From Trueperaceae bacterium (GTDB taxonomy: Bacteria > Deinococcota > Deinococci > Deinococcales > Trueperaceae), in assembly GCA_965213705.1 (NCBI GenBank), contig OZ243913.1:960001-1024000 (forward strand): a stretch of DNA of 64,000 nt, in the 5' to 3' direction. Both the position numbers and the translations under genes were made by a program. Numbering within the stretch: position 1 is the first letter of the stretch; each line of letters begins with the position of its first letter. This document shows, piece after piece, positions 41,024-50,772 of this stretch. Under the pieces are notes generated by a model, which saw only the letters and a list, made by a program, of their open reading frames with translations, did no database searches and was not told where the DNA came from.

Positions 41024-41473
41024 TCAGAGATAGATTAGTTCGGCCGTCACCTTGTGGCCGTCTATGGTGAGCCGCGCCAGCGAGACCGGCAGGCGAAAGC
41101 GTTTGCGGCCCGCGCTGCCGGGGTTGAGGTAAAGAACGTCCGCCCGCGTCTCGATACCGGGCCGGTGCGAATGTCCGCTGACGACGGCTTGGTAGTCTCG
41201 AGTATTCGCCTCAAAACCCAAGTGTCCGTGATAGACGAGCACGCTGACACCTTCGACTTCAAGCTCGGCCGTCAGGGGCAAAGCGTGAGCCCAAGCGCCC
41301 GTGTCGACGTTGCCACGCGCCGCCGTAACGGGCGCGAGGCCGCGCAGCACCGGGAGAACGTCTGCGCTGCCCACGTCGCCCGCATGGACGATAAAGTCCG
41401 AACCACGCAAAGCCTCGACCGCCTCCGGCCGCAACAGCCCGTGCGTGTCCGAAATGACGCCGACCCTGGTCAT
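41024..41473 (-). CDS. YfcE-family metallophosphoesterase
   Basis: SDTH, HAGD, RGNVD, HG, GHSH, NPGS. Confidence 0.92.
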   Translation of the reverse strand: MTRVGVISDTHGLLRPEAVEALRGSDFIVHAGDVGSADVLPVLRGLAPVTAARGNVDTGAWAHALPLTAELEVEGVSVLVYHGHLGFEANTRDYQAVVSGHSHRPGIETRADVLYLNPGSAGRKRFRLPVSLARLTIDGHKVTAELIYL

Positions 41474-41526
41474 GTCGAACAAATTCTACCGCGCCGCGAA
41501 AGCGTAAACCGCCTCGGGTCGTGGCC

Positions 41527-43416
41527 TCAGCGGTCGGTCAGTTGTTCGGGCCAGCCGCTGAAAACGCCGCCCGAGGGGACGATAACGGCGCTGTAGCTCA
41601 CGCGCATCGGGTAGTAGTCGCTGAAGCTCAGTGAGGGGCTGCTTTCTGAAAGGTAACCGCTCGAGACCGGGTTGCCGTAACTGTCGCGCAGGACCAGCAG
41701 GATGCTCGCAAGCCCCTTGCTCCAGTCGATTTTTCGGTAGTTCGAGAGCGTTTTCAGCGGTTGCTCCGCCTCGAAGGTGCCGCGCCCTTCGAAGGTGAGG
41801 TCGGCCGAATCGCTGCACGCGGGCGCGACCGTGATGTCGTCGGCAGGCACCAAGCAAACCTGGTACTGCACGACCGCGTCGCTCGGTTTGCTAAAGACTT
41901 CCAAACGCTGGTACAGCGTACCCTCGGCGTAGTCGAGCGGGTCGTAAAAGTCGAAAGTGAGGGTCGGCTGCTCGAAAAAGGAGAAGGCGGCTTCCTGGTT
42001 GCCGGCCTCGCCGTAGTGCGTGAAAGTGACGCCGAGCAGGGTCAGGAGGGCACCGTCCGGCTCGGTGTTCCCGTTCTGTTCGGCGTTTTTCGTCGGGTCC
42101 GCCGCAGGGCTCGTCCCGGACAGGACGTCGGCGGCTTGGGCGGTGTCCGGGGTCGCCCCCGTCGGTGAGGTATTTGGCGCGGTTACTTCGGCTCCCTGAC
42201 TTAGCGGGCTCGAGACGCTCGGGCTCTCCACTTGAGCGTTCGTCTCGACGGGCTCTGCACTTGCCTCGGGTTCGTCCTGCGCCGCGCCCTGAACCTGGGC
42301 TGGTTGGTCTCGGGTCATTTGCGCGAGGGTGTTCGCCTGTTGCCGGTAACTCGCCTCGGCAGGCACCAGGTCCGCGGCCCGTTCGAACGCTTGCAGGGCG
42401 GCCTCAGGGTTGCCCAACGCGCGCTCGGCCCGGCCCAACTGCGCCCAGGCGTCTGCAAAGCGGCCGTTGGCAAGCGTCGCGGCGGTGAACGCGTCTTTGG
42501 CCGCGGCAAATCGGTTTTGCTCGAGCAGCCGCACGCCGTCTTGGTAGTGGGTGACCGCCTGCACGCCGAAGCGCACCTGGATTTGGGCCAGCGCAAGCTC
42601 GTCCCGAACCTGCGCGTCGTCCGGAGCGAGCGCAAGGGCGCGCTGCAGGTAGGTCACGGCGGCGTCCGGGCGGGCAAGCGTCAGGCTGAGCGTTCCGGCC
42701 CGCTGCACGGCGTCCAGGTAGTCGGGGTTCAAGCGGGCGGCTTGCGCAAAGGCGTCGAGCGCTTTTTCCGGCTCGCCCTGGTTGTAAGCGGTGAGCCCCC
42801 GGTAAAAAGCGTTGCCGGCCTCGACGCCGTACGCTATCTGGTCGCGGGTGCGCTGCAAGTAAACGGCGTACAGCGGGTTGTCCGGCTGGCGCTCGCTTGT
42901 TCGTTGCCAGTAGGGCAGCGCCGCTCGCGGCTTGCCCAACTCGAAGTTGATAAGCGCGAGCCAGGCGAGGGTCGAGTCGTCGTCGGCGAGTTCGGCAGCC
43001 TTTTGGTAGTCGGCCAGCGCCGCCGTCAGGTCCCCTTGCGTGTAGCGGCTGTACCCGAGTGCCGCGCTCATCTGTGCGTACTTGCTACGCGCGTCGTCGT
43101 CTAAGTCACCGCCCAAGCGTTCGTAGGTTTCCCAAGCGTCGTAGGCGCGTTTGAACCAGCCCAAACTCGTGTAGACCTGGGCCAAAAAGCGCTGCGGCTC
43201 GGGCTCGCCCGGCGCCAAGCGCTCGGCCTCCTCGCCGTGGGCGAGCGCCGCCGCCCAGAACGGCTGGTCGGGGTTGGGCGTTTGGTACGTGTTCAGCGCC
43301 TGCGCCGCCGCCGTTTTGCCTTGGCGCAGGGCTTCTTGGGCTTCGGGGGACGGCTGGGCGTGCGCTAAGAACACGAACGAGAACAGCAAACAAGCGGTTC
43401 GTAAGGTGAGTTTCAC
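41527..43416 (-). CDS. Secreted TPR-repeat protein with C-terminal beta domain
   Basis: Signal peptide; repeated A...LG....A...Y..A....P patterns; low-complexity linker. Confidence 0.85.
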   Translation of the reverse strand: MKLTLRTACLLFSFVFLAHAQPSPEAQEALRQGKTAAAQALNTYQTPNPDQPFWAAALAHGEEAERLAPGEPEPQRFLAQVYTSLGWFKRAYDAWETYERLGGDLDDDARSKYAQMSAALGYSRYTQGDLTAALADYQKAAELADDDSTLAWLALINFELGKPRAALPYWQRTSERQPDNPLYAVYLQRTRDQIAYGVEAGNAFYRGLTAYNQGEPEKALDAFAQAARLNPDYLDAVQRAGTLSLTLARPDAAVTYLQRALALAPDDAQVRDELALAQIQVRFGVQAVTHYQDGVRLLEQNRFAAAKDAFTAATLANGRFADAWAQLGRAERALGNPEAALQAFERAADLVPAEASYRQQANTLAQMTRDQPAQVQGAAQDEPEASAEPVETNAQVESPSVSSPLSQGAEVTAPNTSPTGATPDTAQAADVLSGTSPAADPTKNAEQNGNTEPDGALLTLLGVTFTHYGEAGNQEAAFSFFEQPTLTFDFYDPLDYAEGTLYQRLEVFSKPSDAVVQYQVCLVPADDITVAPACSDSADLTFEGRGTFEAEQPLKTLSNYRKIDWSKGLASILLVLRDSYGNPVSSGYLSESSPSLSFSDYYPMRVSYSAVIVPSGGVFSGWPEQLTDR

Positions 43417-43451
43417 GTTTCAGCCTCCCAACTGAAAAACGCGGACGTGGT

Positions 43452-44375
43452 TTACCGGGTAGTTGCGCCAACCTCGCTGCAGGCGACGATGGTGTCCATT
43501 TGGCCGCTCGAGAGGTGAAGGTTCAGGTAGTGGTCGCCGTCCACAATCACGTCGTAGGGCGCGGTCATGGTGGTGACGCTGAGGCCGGAACCGCCCGGAA
43601 CGTTGCTCAAGGGAACGACGATGTCGCCGCCGCTACCGCAGTCGCCCGCGTGAAAGTGCGCCGGATGGTCACCGCCCGCTTCGGTGCCCGTAACGAGAAT
43701 CGTCGCTACGGCGTTGTCGAAACCGTAGTCGGCGACGAGCACCGAACCGCTCACGCCGCTGCCGTCGACCGCTTGAACAAGAAAACGGGCGTGGCGCAAC
43801 GCCGCCGTTTGGTACACCTGCGCCACGTCGGAAACCAAGCTCACCGCCGCGCCGACGCGGGGCGCGGCGGCCGGAGCTGCGGCCAGGACGACGCCGGGGG
43901 GCTCTAAAACGCTGTCGATAACGTGGATGACCCCGTTGGACGCCTGCACGTTTTCGCTTGCCCCCACGTCGAACTTGACGACCTTGGACTCGTTGACGAG
44001 GAGGTTGCCCGCCTCGACGCGGACGCTCAAACTACTGCCTTCCAAGGTCGGCGCGCTGGTCGCTTGCACCGCGTCCCGCGCCATGACGAGGGTGGGCACC
44101 ACGTGGTAAGCCAGAATGCGCTGCAACGCCGCCGGGTCGCTCAACAGCTGCTGCAACTCCGCCTGGGGCAGTTGCAAAAAAGCGGCGTTGGTCGGGGCGA
44201 ACAGGGTAAAAGGCCCCTCGCCCTGCAAGGTCTCGGTCAGTCCGGCGGCGTCGAGCGCGGCCACGAGGGTGCTCAAGCCGGGGTCGTTTTCGGCGACCTC
44301 GAGAATCGTTCGGGCCGAAGCCAGCGGCGCGCCGAAAAGCAGCGCGTAAAAAGCGAAACGGACGAGGTGACGCAT
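43452..44375 (-). CDS. Fasciclin (FAS1) domain fused to a SOD/CHRD-like His domain
   Basis: FTLFAPTNAAF, LAYHVV, ASNGVIHVIDSVL; then HPAHFHAGDCG...NLH...ACSEV. Confidence 0.85.
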   Translation of the reverse strand: MRHLVRFAFYALLFGAPLASARTILEVAENDPGLSTLVAALDAAGLTETLQGEGPFTLFAPTNAAFLQLPQAELQQLLSDPAALQRILAYHVVPTLVMARDAVQATSAPTLEGSSLSVRVEAGNLLVNESKVVKFDVGASENVQASNGVIHVIDSVLEPPGVVLAAAPAAAPRVGAAVSLVSDVAQVYQTAALRHARFLVQAVDGSGVSGSVLVADYGFDNAVATILVTGTEAGGDHPAHFHAGDCGSGGDIVVPLSNVPGGSGLSVTTMTAPYDVIVDGDHYLNLHLSSGQMDTIVACSEVGATTR

Positions 44376-44759
44376 GTTTGACCTCCCTGGTAAAACGCGT
44401 ACGGTGAACTGGACGTTGTTGGTGGACGTTGTTGGTGGATGCTGTCTGAGTGGTAGACGTTATCTGAGGGGTGGACGTCAGCTGAGAGGGGCGTTGTCGA
44501 GCGGCGAACGCCCCAAACTAACAGCCGTTCCGGCCGACCCGTGTGCAAGAATCACACCCGGGCGGCGCACGGCGGCTCGCGAACAAGCCCAAAGACGTTT
44601 TTTCATGTTTGTGCTGCGAGCATTCGACCAGCTCCCCCGGCTGTCGGCTTGCGGTTCTTGTAGGTTTATTTTGACAACTTTTCCGCTCAAAAATAGAGCG
44701 GGCCTTCACAAAAGGCTTACACCGTTCGCCCCAAAACTGGATGTGGAACGAACATCTTT

Positions 44760-45383
44760 TCAGCGCGACAGGTAATAGTGCCAGAAAAGCCGCGCCGCGA
44801 CCGCCCGGTAGGGTCGCCATGCTACGGCGACGGCGCTCAGTTCTTCGGCACGAGGCCGGTTTGCCAAACCCTTGACCTCTTTGACGGCGACGGCGAGTGC
44901 CAGGTCGCCCTGCGGCCACACGTCCGGGCGGCCCAGCGCCATCAGCAAGTAGATGTCGGCGGTCCAGTTGCCGATGCCTACCAGCTTGGTGAGGTCGCGC
45001 CGCACCGCGTCGTCACTCAAGGTCTCGAGCCCCGCCAAGTCCAGGGTTCTTGTGCTTACAGCCTCCGCGAGGACTCGGCCGTAGCGCGTTTTTTGGCGGC
45101 TGAAACCGACCCGTTTCAAGCTGGCGTCGTCCAACGCCAAAAAGGTTTCGGGCGTGAGCGGTTGGGCAACCTCGCACAGCCGCTCGAACGCCGCCCGCGC
45201 CGAGACGAGTGAAACTTGCTGTTCCAAGATAATGTGCAGCAGCGTGCCGAAGCCGGGTTCGCGCCGCCACAGGGGCGGGTAGCCGTGGGTTGCCAGGATG
45301 GCGGCGAGGTCGGCGTCTTGCTCGGCGAGGCGGTCAACAAGCGACCTGAGGTCTCGCTCGTCGTTGAGGGTCGCAGTCGTCAC
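44760..45383 (-). CDS. DNA-3-methyladenine glycosylase (AlkA-like HhH-GPD)
   Basis: ILEQQVS, GFSRQK, GIGNWTA, DVWP.GD, WRPYR. Confidence 0.9.
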   Translation of the reverse strand: MTTATLNDERDLRSLVDRLAEQDADLAAILATHGYPPLWRREPGFGTLLHIILEQQVSLVSARAAFERLCEVAQPLTPETFLALDDASLKRVGFSRQKTRYGRVLAEAVSTRTLDLAGLETLSDDAVRRDLTKLVGIGNWTADIYLLMALGRPDVWPQGDLALAVAVKEVKGLANRPRAEELSAVAVAWRPYRAVAARLFWHYYLSR

Positions 45384-45582
45384 GCGCTTACCACAGTACT
45401 ACGGCCATCCCTTAGGCTGCGTCGGCGCAGGACGAGGGCGTCGAGTTTAAAACTCGCCTTGCCGGTCGTCTTCCGCTTGTAGAGCGTAGAGTAGCTTTTC
45501 AACGGACACCGACTCCACCTCTGCTTCCGGCCTGTGCTGAACCACTTTTCCTAACCGCCCGCGTTAAAAAAGACGTTACAAA

Positions 45583-45701
45583 GGGTCGCCGCAAACAAAG
45601 CCGGTTCGTACACGTCACCCGCTCGTCTGGACTCACCCCGCGGGTTTAGCAGGTCGCACGAGCGGCGCCGAGTCGGGTTCCCGGTTCAAGCGTTCGGACC
45701 T
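45583..45701. ncRNA. Candidate structured non-coding RNA (long imperfect hairpin)
   Basis: Nested pairings gggtc/gacct, agccgg/ccggtt, ccgctcgt/acgagcgg, accc/gggt in an intergenic region. Confidence 0.35.
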
Positions 45702-45715
45702 CTCAACTTTTGCGC

Positions 45716-46804
45716 TCACAGCTTGAACACGCCATTTTCCTGAAACAGCTCGCCGTCCAAATAAATAGCCCCGCCGCGCCGCAGGTCGCAAATCATGTCC
45801 CAGTGAATTGCCGAGGTGTTGGTGCCGCCCGACTCTTTGTAAGACTGCCCGAGAGCTAAGTGAACGGTGCCGCCGATTTTTTCGTCGTACAGGATTTGCT
45901 TCGTTGGGGTTTGAATGTTCGTGTTCGTGCCGATGCCGAGTTCGCCCAAAAAGCGTGCGCCTTCGTCGGTGTTGATTTGGGCTTGCAAAAGGTCATCGCC
46001 CTTGTCGGCCCTCGCCTCGACCACCCGGCCGTCTCTAAACGTCAGGCGAATATTCTCGACCTCCACGCCGCCGACCGCGCTGGGGATGCCGAACAGAACC
46101 GTGCCGTCGGCGCTTGTCTCGAGCGGCCCCGTGAACACCTCACCCGAAGGCATGTTGCGGTGCCCGTCGCTGTTGAGCCAGGTGCGCCCCGCGACGTTCA
46201 AGGTGAGGTCGGTGCCCTCGGCGGTAATGCGCACCACTTCGGCGCGTTGCAAGCGTTCGATAAGTCGCGCCTGAAAGTCGTGGATTTTGCGCCACTCGGC
46301 GACCGGGTCGGTATCAAACAAAAACATCGACCCGTAAACGAATTGCTCGTAGTCACTCAAGCTCATCCCGGCGTCTTGGGCCAGCGCGGCGGTAGGGAAG
46401 AGGCTGCCGACCCAACGGGTGTGCTCGACGCGGGTGTTCTGGACGGGCCGGTTTTTCTTGAGCAGCGCGGCGTACTTCGTCTTGTCGGCGGTTTGCAGCG
46501 CCTTCGTGTTCTGCGGCGCGCGTACGCGGATAAAGGCGTGCATCTGCTTCATCTCGCCCAGGTCTACGCTCGGCTCGGCCTCGAAGTAAGCGTCCGGCGC
46601 CAACTCCAGTGTGTCCTCGGTCAGTTCGGGGTAGCTGAGGCGCAAGAAAGGGTAGCCGCCAACCTGCAAAACCTTGCGGTACAGGGCTCGAGCCAATTCC
46701 TGAGCGGGCGTGTCGAGCGCCAGCAGGACGTTTTCGCCGGGCTGTAAGGAAACGCAGTAGTCGACGAGCAGGTCGGCCCATTTCTCGAGCAGCGGATGAA
46801 TCAT
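45716..46804 (-). CDS. M29 aminopeptidase (AmpS/AmpT)
   Basis: NMPSGEVF, GELGIG, LYDEK, HLALG, SAIHWD. Confidence 0.93.
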   Translation of the reverse strand: MIHPLLEKWADLLVDYCVSLQPGENVLLALDTPAQELARALYRKVLQVGGYPFLRLSYPELTEDTLELAPDAYFEAEPSVDLGEMKQMHAFIRVRAPQNTKALQTADKTKYAALLKKNRPVQNTRVEHTRWVGSLFPTAALAQDAGMSLSDYEQFVYGSMFLFDTDPVAEWRKIHDFQARLIERLQRAEVVRITAEGTDLTLNVAGRTWLNSDGHRNMPSGEVFTGPLETSADGTVLFGIPSAVGGVEVENIRLTFRDGRVVEARADKGDDLLQAQINTDEGARFLGELGIGTNTNIQTPTKQILYDEKIGGTVHLALGQSYKESGGTNTSAIHWDMICDLRRGGAIYLDGELFQENGVFKL

Positions 46805-47179
46805 GCCGAAAAGCCTAACACGCGCGGCGTTCGGCCCGGTTCGGCCGAACGAAACTGCCCGGCGGCTCGAGCGAACCCGAGCACGTCAGAAGGGTTGAAG
46901 GCCGCCCCGCGCCGGATTTCCCTGAGACGCGCGTCTAACACCACGCGCGTCTAACACCAAAAGCGACTTACCGACCTCATGACGTCAACAAACCTGCACG
47001 GAGCGTACTGTCTTAGACATCAGACTGCGACGTGACAAGTTCGTCGAGGTTATGTCTTTTGCGCTCCGGAGTCGGTGGGGGTAGCATTAGCTTGTCCTTG
47101 TGTGGTATCTTCTGCTTTGTACCGGCCGCGCGCGCGTAAGTGGTGTCTGCCGGTGACCCTTTGTCGGGTTTTGTGAAAG

Positions 47180-47257
<78 letters not shown>

Positions 47258-47316
47258 AGAAAGCGTGTAGCACAAGGAAACTCCCGGTGATGGTGGCCGG
47301 GGGTTCCGCTGCGTTT

Positions 47317-47706
47317 TTAAGCTGCGACGAGCACGGCCAACGACTGAGCGATGCGCTGAAGTGCTTGCGGCTCGAGCACGCCCGTCCTACTTATGAACCG
47401 CTCGACAGAAACCGAGCGTGTCTGCAAAGCATCGGCGGCACTGCTTTTGGAAAGCCCGTTCTTGGCTGTTGGGTCGACCCTGACGAGCCACAGCTTGCCG
47501 CTGTAGCGCTCGGACCAGCCGGTAAAAGGCACGATGAGTTTGATAGGCAGCACGCCCAAGGTGTCGGCGCTGACGACGACCACCGGGCGGGTCTTTTGCA
47601 GTTCCGCTCCAAGTGTGGGGTTCAGGCTGACCAGCCAGATTTCGCCGCGTTTGGGGCGCATGGTCTCCGCCCGCTTGGAGCGCATGGCGTCCGCCTGCTT
47701 AGGCAT
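47317..47706 (-). CDS. mazF: MazF/PemK endoribonuclease toxin
   Basis: PKRGEIWLVSLNPT.GAE..KTRPVVVVS, NGL, Q.RSVS.ER; start uncertain (47706, 47685 or 47661). Confidence 0.92.
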   Translation of the reverse strand: MPKQADAMRSKRAETMRPKRGEIWLVSLNPTLGAELQKTRPVVVVSADTLGVLPIKLIVPFTGWSERYSGKLWLVRVDPTAKNGLSKSSAADALQTRSVSVERFISRTGVLEPQALQRIAQSLAVLVAA

Positions 47707-48046
47707 AGTCGACAACGTCGTCATCCACAAACTCTTCGGTGAAACTCACCAGCTCACCGCCCGGTTGGTAGAGGTCGGCCAGCTCCGCCGCATGGCGTTT
47801 CAACAGTTCGTCACGCTCACTCTTGGGAAGCTCGAGCGGGTCGACTTGTTCCTTGGGCTGCAAGGTCAGCTCGAGCCCAAGCTCGTCGAGCAGTTCTTGC
47901 CACTTGTCGGGTACGCCGCCGCGCTTGCCGGTCAGCATCAGTGAGATGTACTGACGCTCGACACCCAAACGCTCAGCCATTTCGCTCTGCGTCAGGCCGC
48001 GCTTTCGAATAGCCTCTTTGACTCGTGTTCTTACAGTTCTGTTCAT
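47699..48046 (-). CDS. XRE HTH protein with acidic antitoxin-like tail
   Basis: GLTQSEMAERLGVERQYIS HTH; overlaps the mazF start. Confidence 0.85.
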   Translation of the reverse strand: MNRTVRTRVKEAIRKRGLTQSEMAERLGVERQYISLMLTGKRGGVPDKWQELLDELGLELTLQPKEQVDPLELPKSERDELLKRHAAELADLYQPGGELVSFTEEFVDDDVVDYA

Positions 48047-48053
48047 GCCTTGC

Positions 48054-48121
48054 AGTGTATATCACTTTACTTGCGTTTGTCAACTTAAGCGCTTGACACG
48101 TTTATCACTATGATGTACAAC
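48054..48121. promoter_or_regulatory. Back-to-back sigma70-type promoters
   Basis: Minus strand TTGACA-18-TACACT-7-ATG (leaderless); plus strand TTGACA-17-TACAAC; TATCACT direct repeats at 48060 and 48103. Confidence 0.7.
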
Positions 48122-48204
48122 TAAGTATCAAAAAAGGCGACTAATCCCGGAAAGAAGAACCGCCTCTTCTGAAAACTTAACCCCTGAAGGAAAGGTTCAA
48201 AGTG

Positions 48205-48251
<47 letters not shown>

Positions 48252-48326
48252 AAAACCACAAGGAGATGTGCGCGTGGTGGAGCACTGCTCCACCCAAAAC
48301 GGCGGACGAGCCGGAGCGGGGGTGCG

Positions 48327-49334
48327 TCAGCGCAGGAAGAAACCTGTCCCGACGGGGTCATCCGGCTCGAGCACAAAGTGGTTGAAACCTGTGATATAGG
48401 CCCGCCCGCTCACTTCAGGCACGACCGCGTCGTAGTCACCGACCTTCGTCTCTTCTAACACCTTACCCGTAAAAACTGTGCCGATGACGCTCTCGTTGAC
48501 CAGCGTTTCGTTCAGGCCCAGCTTTCCCCGCGCGTAGAGCTGCGCGACGCGGCCCGCGGTGCCGGTGCCGGTCGGCGAGCGGTCCACCTCGCGGTCGGCG
48601 AAGACGCAGACATTCGCTTGGTGCGAGCCTTCATGCCGCGGCGCACCGTCAATGATGGTGCCGTAAAGTTGATTGAGTTCGGGGATGAGCGGGTGCTGAA
48701 TCTCAAACTCGGCCGACACCGCCCGTTTGACCTCATCGCCAAGGTCGATAAGGGCGCGGTAGTTTGCGGGTGTGACCTCGAGCCCCGCCTGCTCCCCGTT
48801 CAAATACGCATAAAACGCGCCCCCAAAAGCGATGTCCACCGTGACACGACCAAAAGACGGCGTCGTGACCGGCAAGTCCCGCAAGTACAAAAAAGAGGGC
48901 ACGTTCCTAAACCGCACCGCGCCGACCCGCGTGCCGTCCCACGCGGCGAACGCCTCGATAAACCCGGCCGGCGCGTCGATGCCGACGCGCGTTTCGGGCG
49001 TCGTGGTTTTAACCAACCCTTGCGCTACCGCCACCGTCGCGAGCGCGATAATGCCGTGCCCGCACATGTCGCTGTAACCCTCGTTGTGCATAAAAATCAC
49101 GCCCATGTCGGCCTGGGGCGTAACCGGCTCGGTGAGGTAAGCGCCGTACATGTCCGCGTGGCCGCGCGGCTCGAGCATCAGCGTTCGGCGCACGTCGTCC
49201 ATGTTTTCCTTGACCCAACGGCGTTTCTCAAGAATCGTCGCCCCCGGAATCCGCGGAACCCCCGCCGTGACGATGCGCAGCGGCTCGCCTGCGGTGTGGG
49301 CGTCTATGGTCGTGTAGCTGCGGCTGAAGTTCAT
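48327..49334 (-). CDS. Proline racemase family, Cys/Thr type (probable trans-3-hydroxy-L-proline dehydratase)
   Basis: HTAGEP, EPRGH, MCGHG, DRSPTGTG. Confidence 0.85.
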   Translation of the reverse strand: MNFSRSYTTIDAHTAGEPLRIVTAGVPRIPGATILEKRRWVKENMDDVRRTLMLEPRGHADMYGAYLTEPVTPQADMGVIFMHNEGYSDMCGHGIIALATVAVAQGLVKTTTPETRVGIDAPAGFIEAFAAWDGTRVGAVRFRNVPSFLYLRDLPVTTPSFGRVTVDIAFGGAFYAYLNGEQAGLEVTPANYRALIDLGDEVKRAVSAEFEIQHPLIPELNQLYGTIIDGAPRHEGSHQANVCVFADREVDRSPTGTGTAGRVAQLYARGKLGLNETLVNESVIGTVFTGKVLEETKVGDYDAVVPEVSGRAYITGFNHFVLEPDDPVGTGFFLR

Positions 49335-49378
49335 ACGCGAGTTTACCGCTCGAGGCTCGTGGGGCGTACGCTGTCTTT

Positions 49379-49900
49379 ATGACAAACCTCCGTTATCCTA
49401 TCGGCCTGTTCGAGCACGACGGCTCCGTGACCGAGCAAGACCTCGAGCGCTGGCTAGGTCAGCTCGAAACGCTGCCCGAGCAGTTGCGCGCCGCCGTCAC
49501 CGGGCTGACCGACGCGCAACTCGAGACGCCCTACCGTCCCGGCGGCTGGATGCTCCGGCAGGTCGTCCACCACGTGCCCGACAGCCACCTCAACAGCTAC
49601 CTCCGCTTCAAGTGGGCGCTGACTGAGGACGAGCCCACTATCAAACCCTACGACGAAGCGCGCTGGGCGGAGCTTGTGGACTACCGAACCGTGCCGGTCG
49701 AGACGAGTTTGGACTTCCTGGCGCTTCTCCACGCGAAGTGGGTCGCGCTGCTCCGCGCCTTGCCCCGTGAGGCGTTGGCGCGGCGCTTTGTACATCCGGT
49801 GTCGGGGCCGACCGAGTTAGCCCGGAGTGTCGGGCTTTACGCCTGGCACGGGCGGCATCACCTGGCGCATATTACGAACACGGTTCAGCGGGAGGGATAA
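49379..49900 (+). CDS. YfiT/BstA DinB-family thiol transferase
   Basis: LRYPIG, YRPGGW..RQVVHH.PDSH, YAWHGRHH. Confidence 0.9.
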   Translation: MTNLRYPIGLFEHDGSVTEQDLERWLGQLETLPEQLRAAVTGLTDAQLETPYRPGGWMLRQVVHHVPDSHLNSYLRFKWALTEDEPTIKPYDEARWAELVDYRTVPVETSLDFLALLHAKWVALLRALPREALARRFVHPVSGPTELARSVGLYAWHGRHHLAHITNTVQREG

Positions 49901-49918
49901 GTATTTTTAAGCCCGGCA

Positions 49919-50317
49919 CTACTCGTACCAGTTGACGACTTTCAACCCCGCCACGCGCCCGAAATGTCCCACGTTCCGGCTCACCACCACAGCGTTCGCA
50001 ACCAAGGCCGTGCCCGCAATCAAGGTGTCGAGCCGTCCGATGGGCGTGCCCTGCTGCTCGAGCTTTACCGTCAACTCCGCCGCCGCTTCAGCAGCTCGGG
50101 TACTCAAAGGTAAGTGGTTGAAAGTGTTTAAAAAATCTTTTACTTGAAGGGTGCGGCGTTCGCCGAAGCCGGCGAGTTTCGCGCCGCGCCACAACTCGAA
50201 CACGGTGACGGTCGAGATAAACACGAGCGGTCTGGGAGTTGCCTTGAGCCGCTCGCCAACCCTACCCTCACCGCGCAAATAGTAGCTGACGGTGTCGGTG
50301 TCCAGGACATAACTCAC
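49919..50317 (-). CDS. vapC: VapC PIN-domain toxin
   Basis: VLDTD, TVFEL, IGRLDTLIAG, VSRN..HF. Confidence 0.9.
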   Translation of the reverse strand: MSYVLDTDTVSYYLRGEGRVGERLKATPRPLVFISTVTVFELWRGAKLAGFGERRTLQVKDFLNTFNHLPLSTRAAEAAAELTVKLEQQGTPIGRLDTLIAGTALVANAVVVSRNVGHFGRVAGLKVVNWYE

Positions 50318-50327
50318 GCTCGACGGG

Positions 50328-50558
50328 TCATGCTAAGGATTCGCGCTCCGGGTCGGCAGCCAAAGGGGGAAGCTCCTCGCGGGTGGGAAAGTCGGGCCAG
50401 GCTCCGGCCAAACCCGTCACTGCCTCGGGCCAGGCCGTTGCAAGTTCGCGCTCGAGCAACCGGGTTACAAATGAGGAAAGCGAAGCGTCTTCTCGCTCTG
50501 CCCGAAGTTTGAGTTGCTCCAACAGTGTGTCGGGTAGATAGAGGGAGAGTTGAGGCAT
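50328..50558 (-). CDS. RHH/CopG-type antitoxin
   Basis: MPQLSLYL...SLSSFV, LAGAWPDFP; AAGGAG RBS; upstream of vapC. Confidence 0.8.
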   Translation of the reverse strand: MPQLSLYLPDTLLEQLKLRAEREDASLSSFVTRLLERELATAWPEAVTGLAGAWPDFPTREELPPLAADPERESLA

Positions 50559-50772
50559 AGATACTCCTTTAGGCAAGTATACCACCTACTTGTACGAGGC
50601 GAGCCCAGCTCATTTCTTTGCTCGAGGCTCAACTGTCCACGTTCGTTTCATAAGACTGACTCATAAATCCTCGAGCCCAGCCACACTGTCTTACAAACTC
50701 GTGTTACGATGAGGGCCAAGTCAAAAAGACGCGCCGGGCCTCGAGTTCGGTGTTATTCAAAGGGAGGTATGT

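Noticed and set aside
44410..44503. CRISPR array
   Set aside because: Units are adjacent and degenerate with no unique spacers; no cas genes in the window
45380..45545. Short minus-strand ORFs upstream of alkA (32 and 40 codons)
   Set aside because: Two competing frames, no recognisable family
45610..45690. c-di-AMP or c-di-GMP riboswitch
   Set aside because: Some similar words on the minus strand but not in canonical order; kept only as an unassigned RNA candidate
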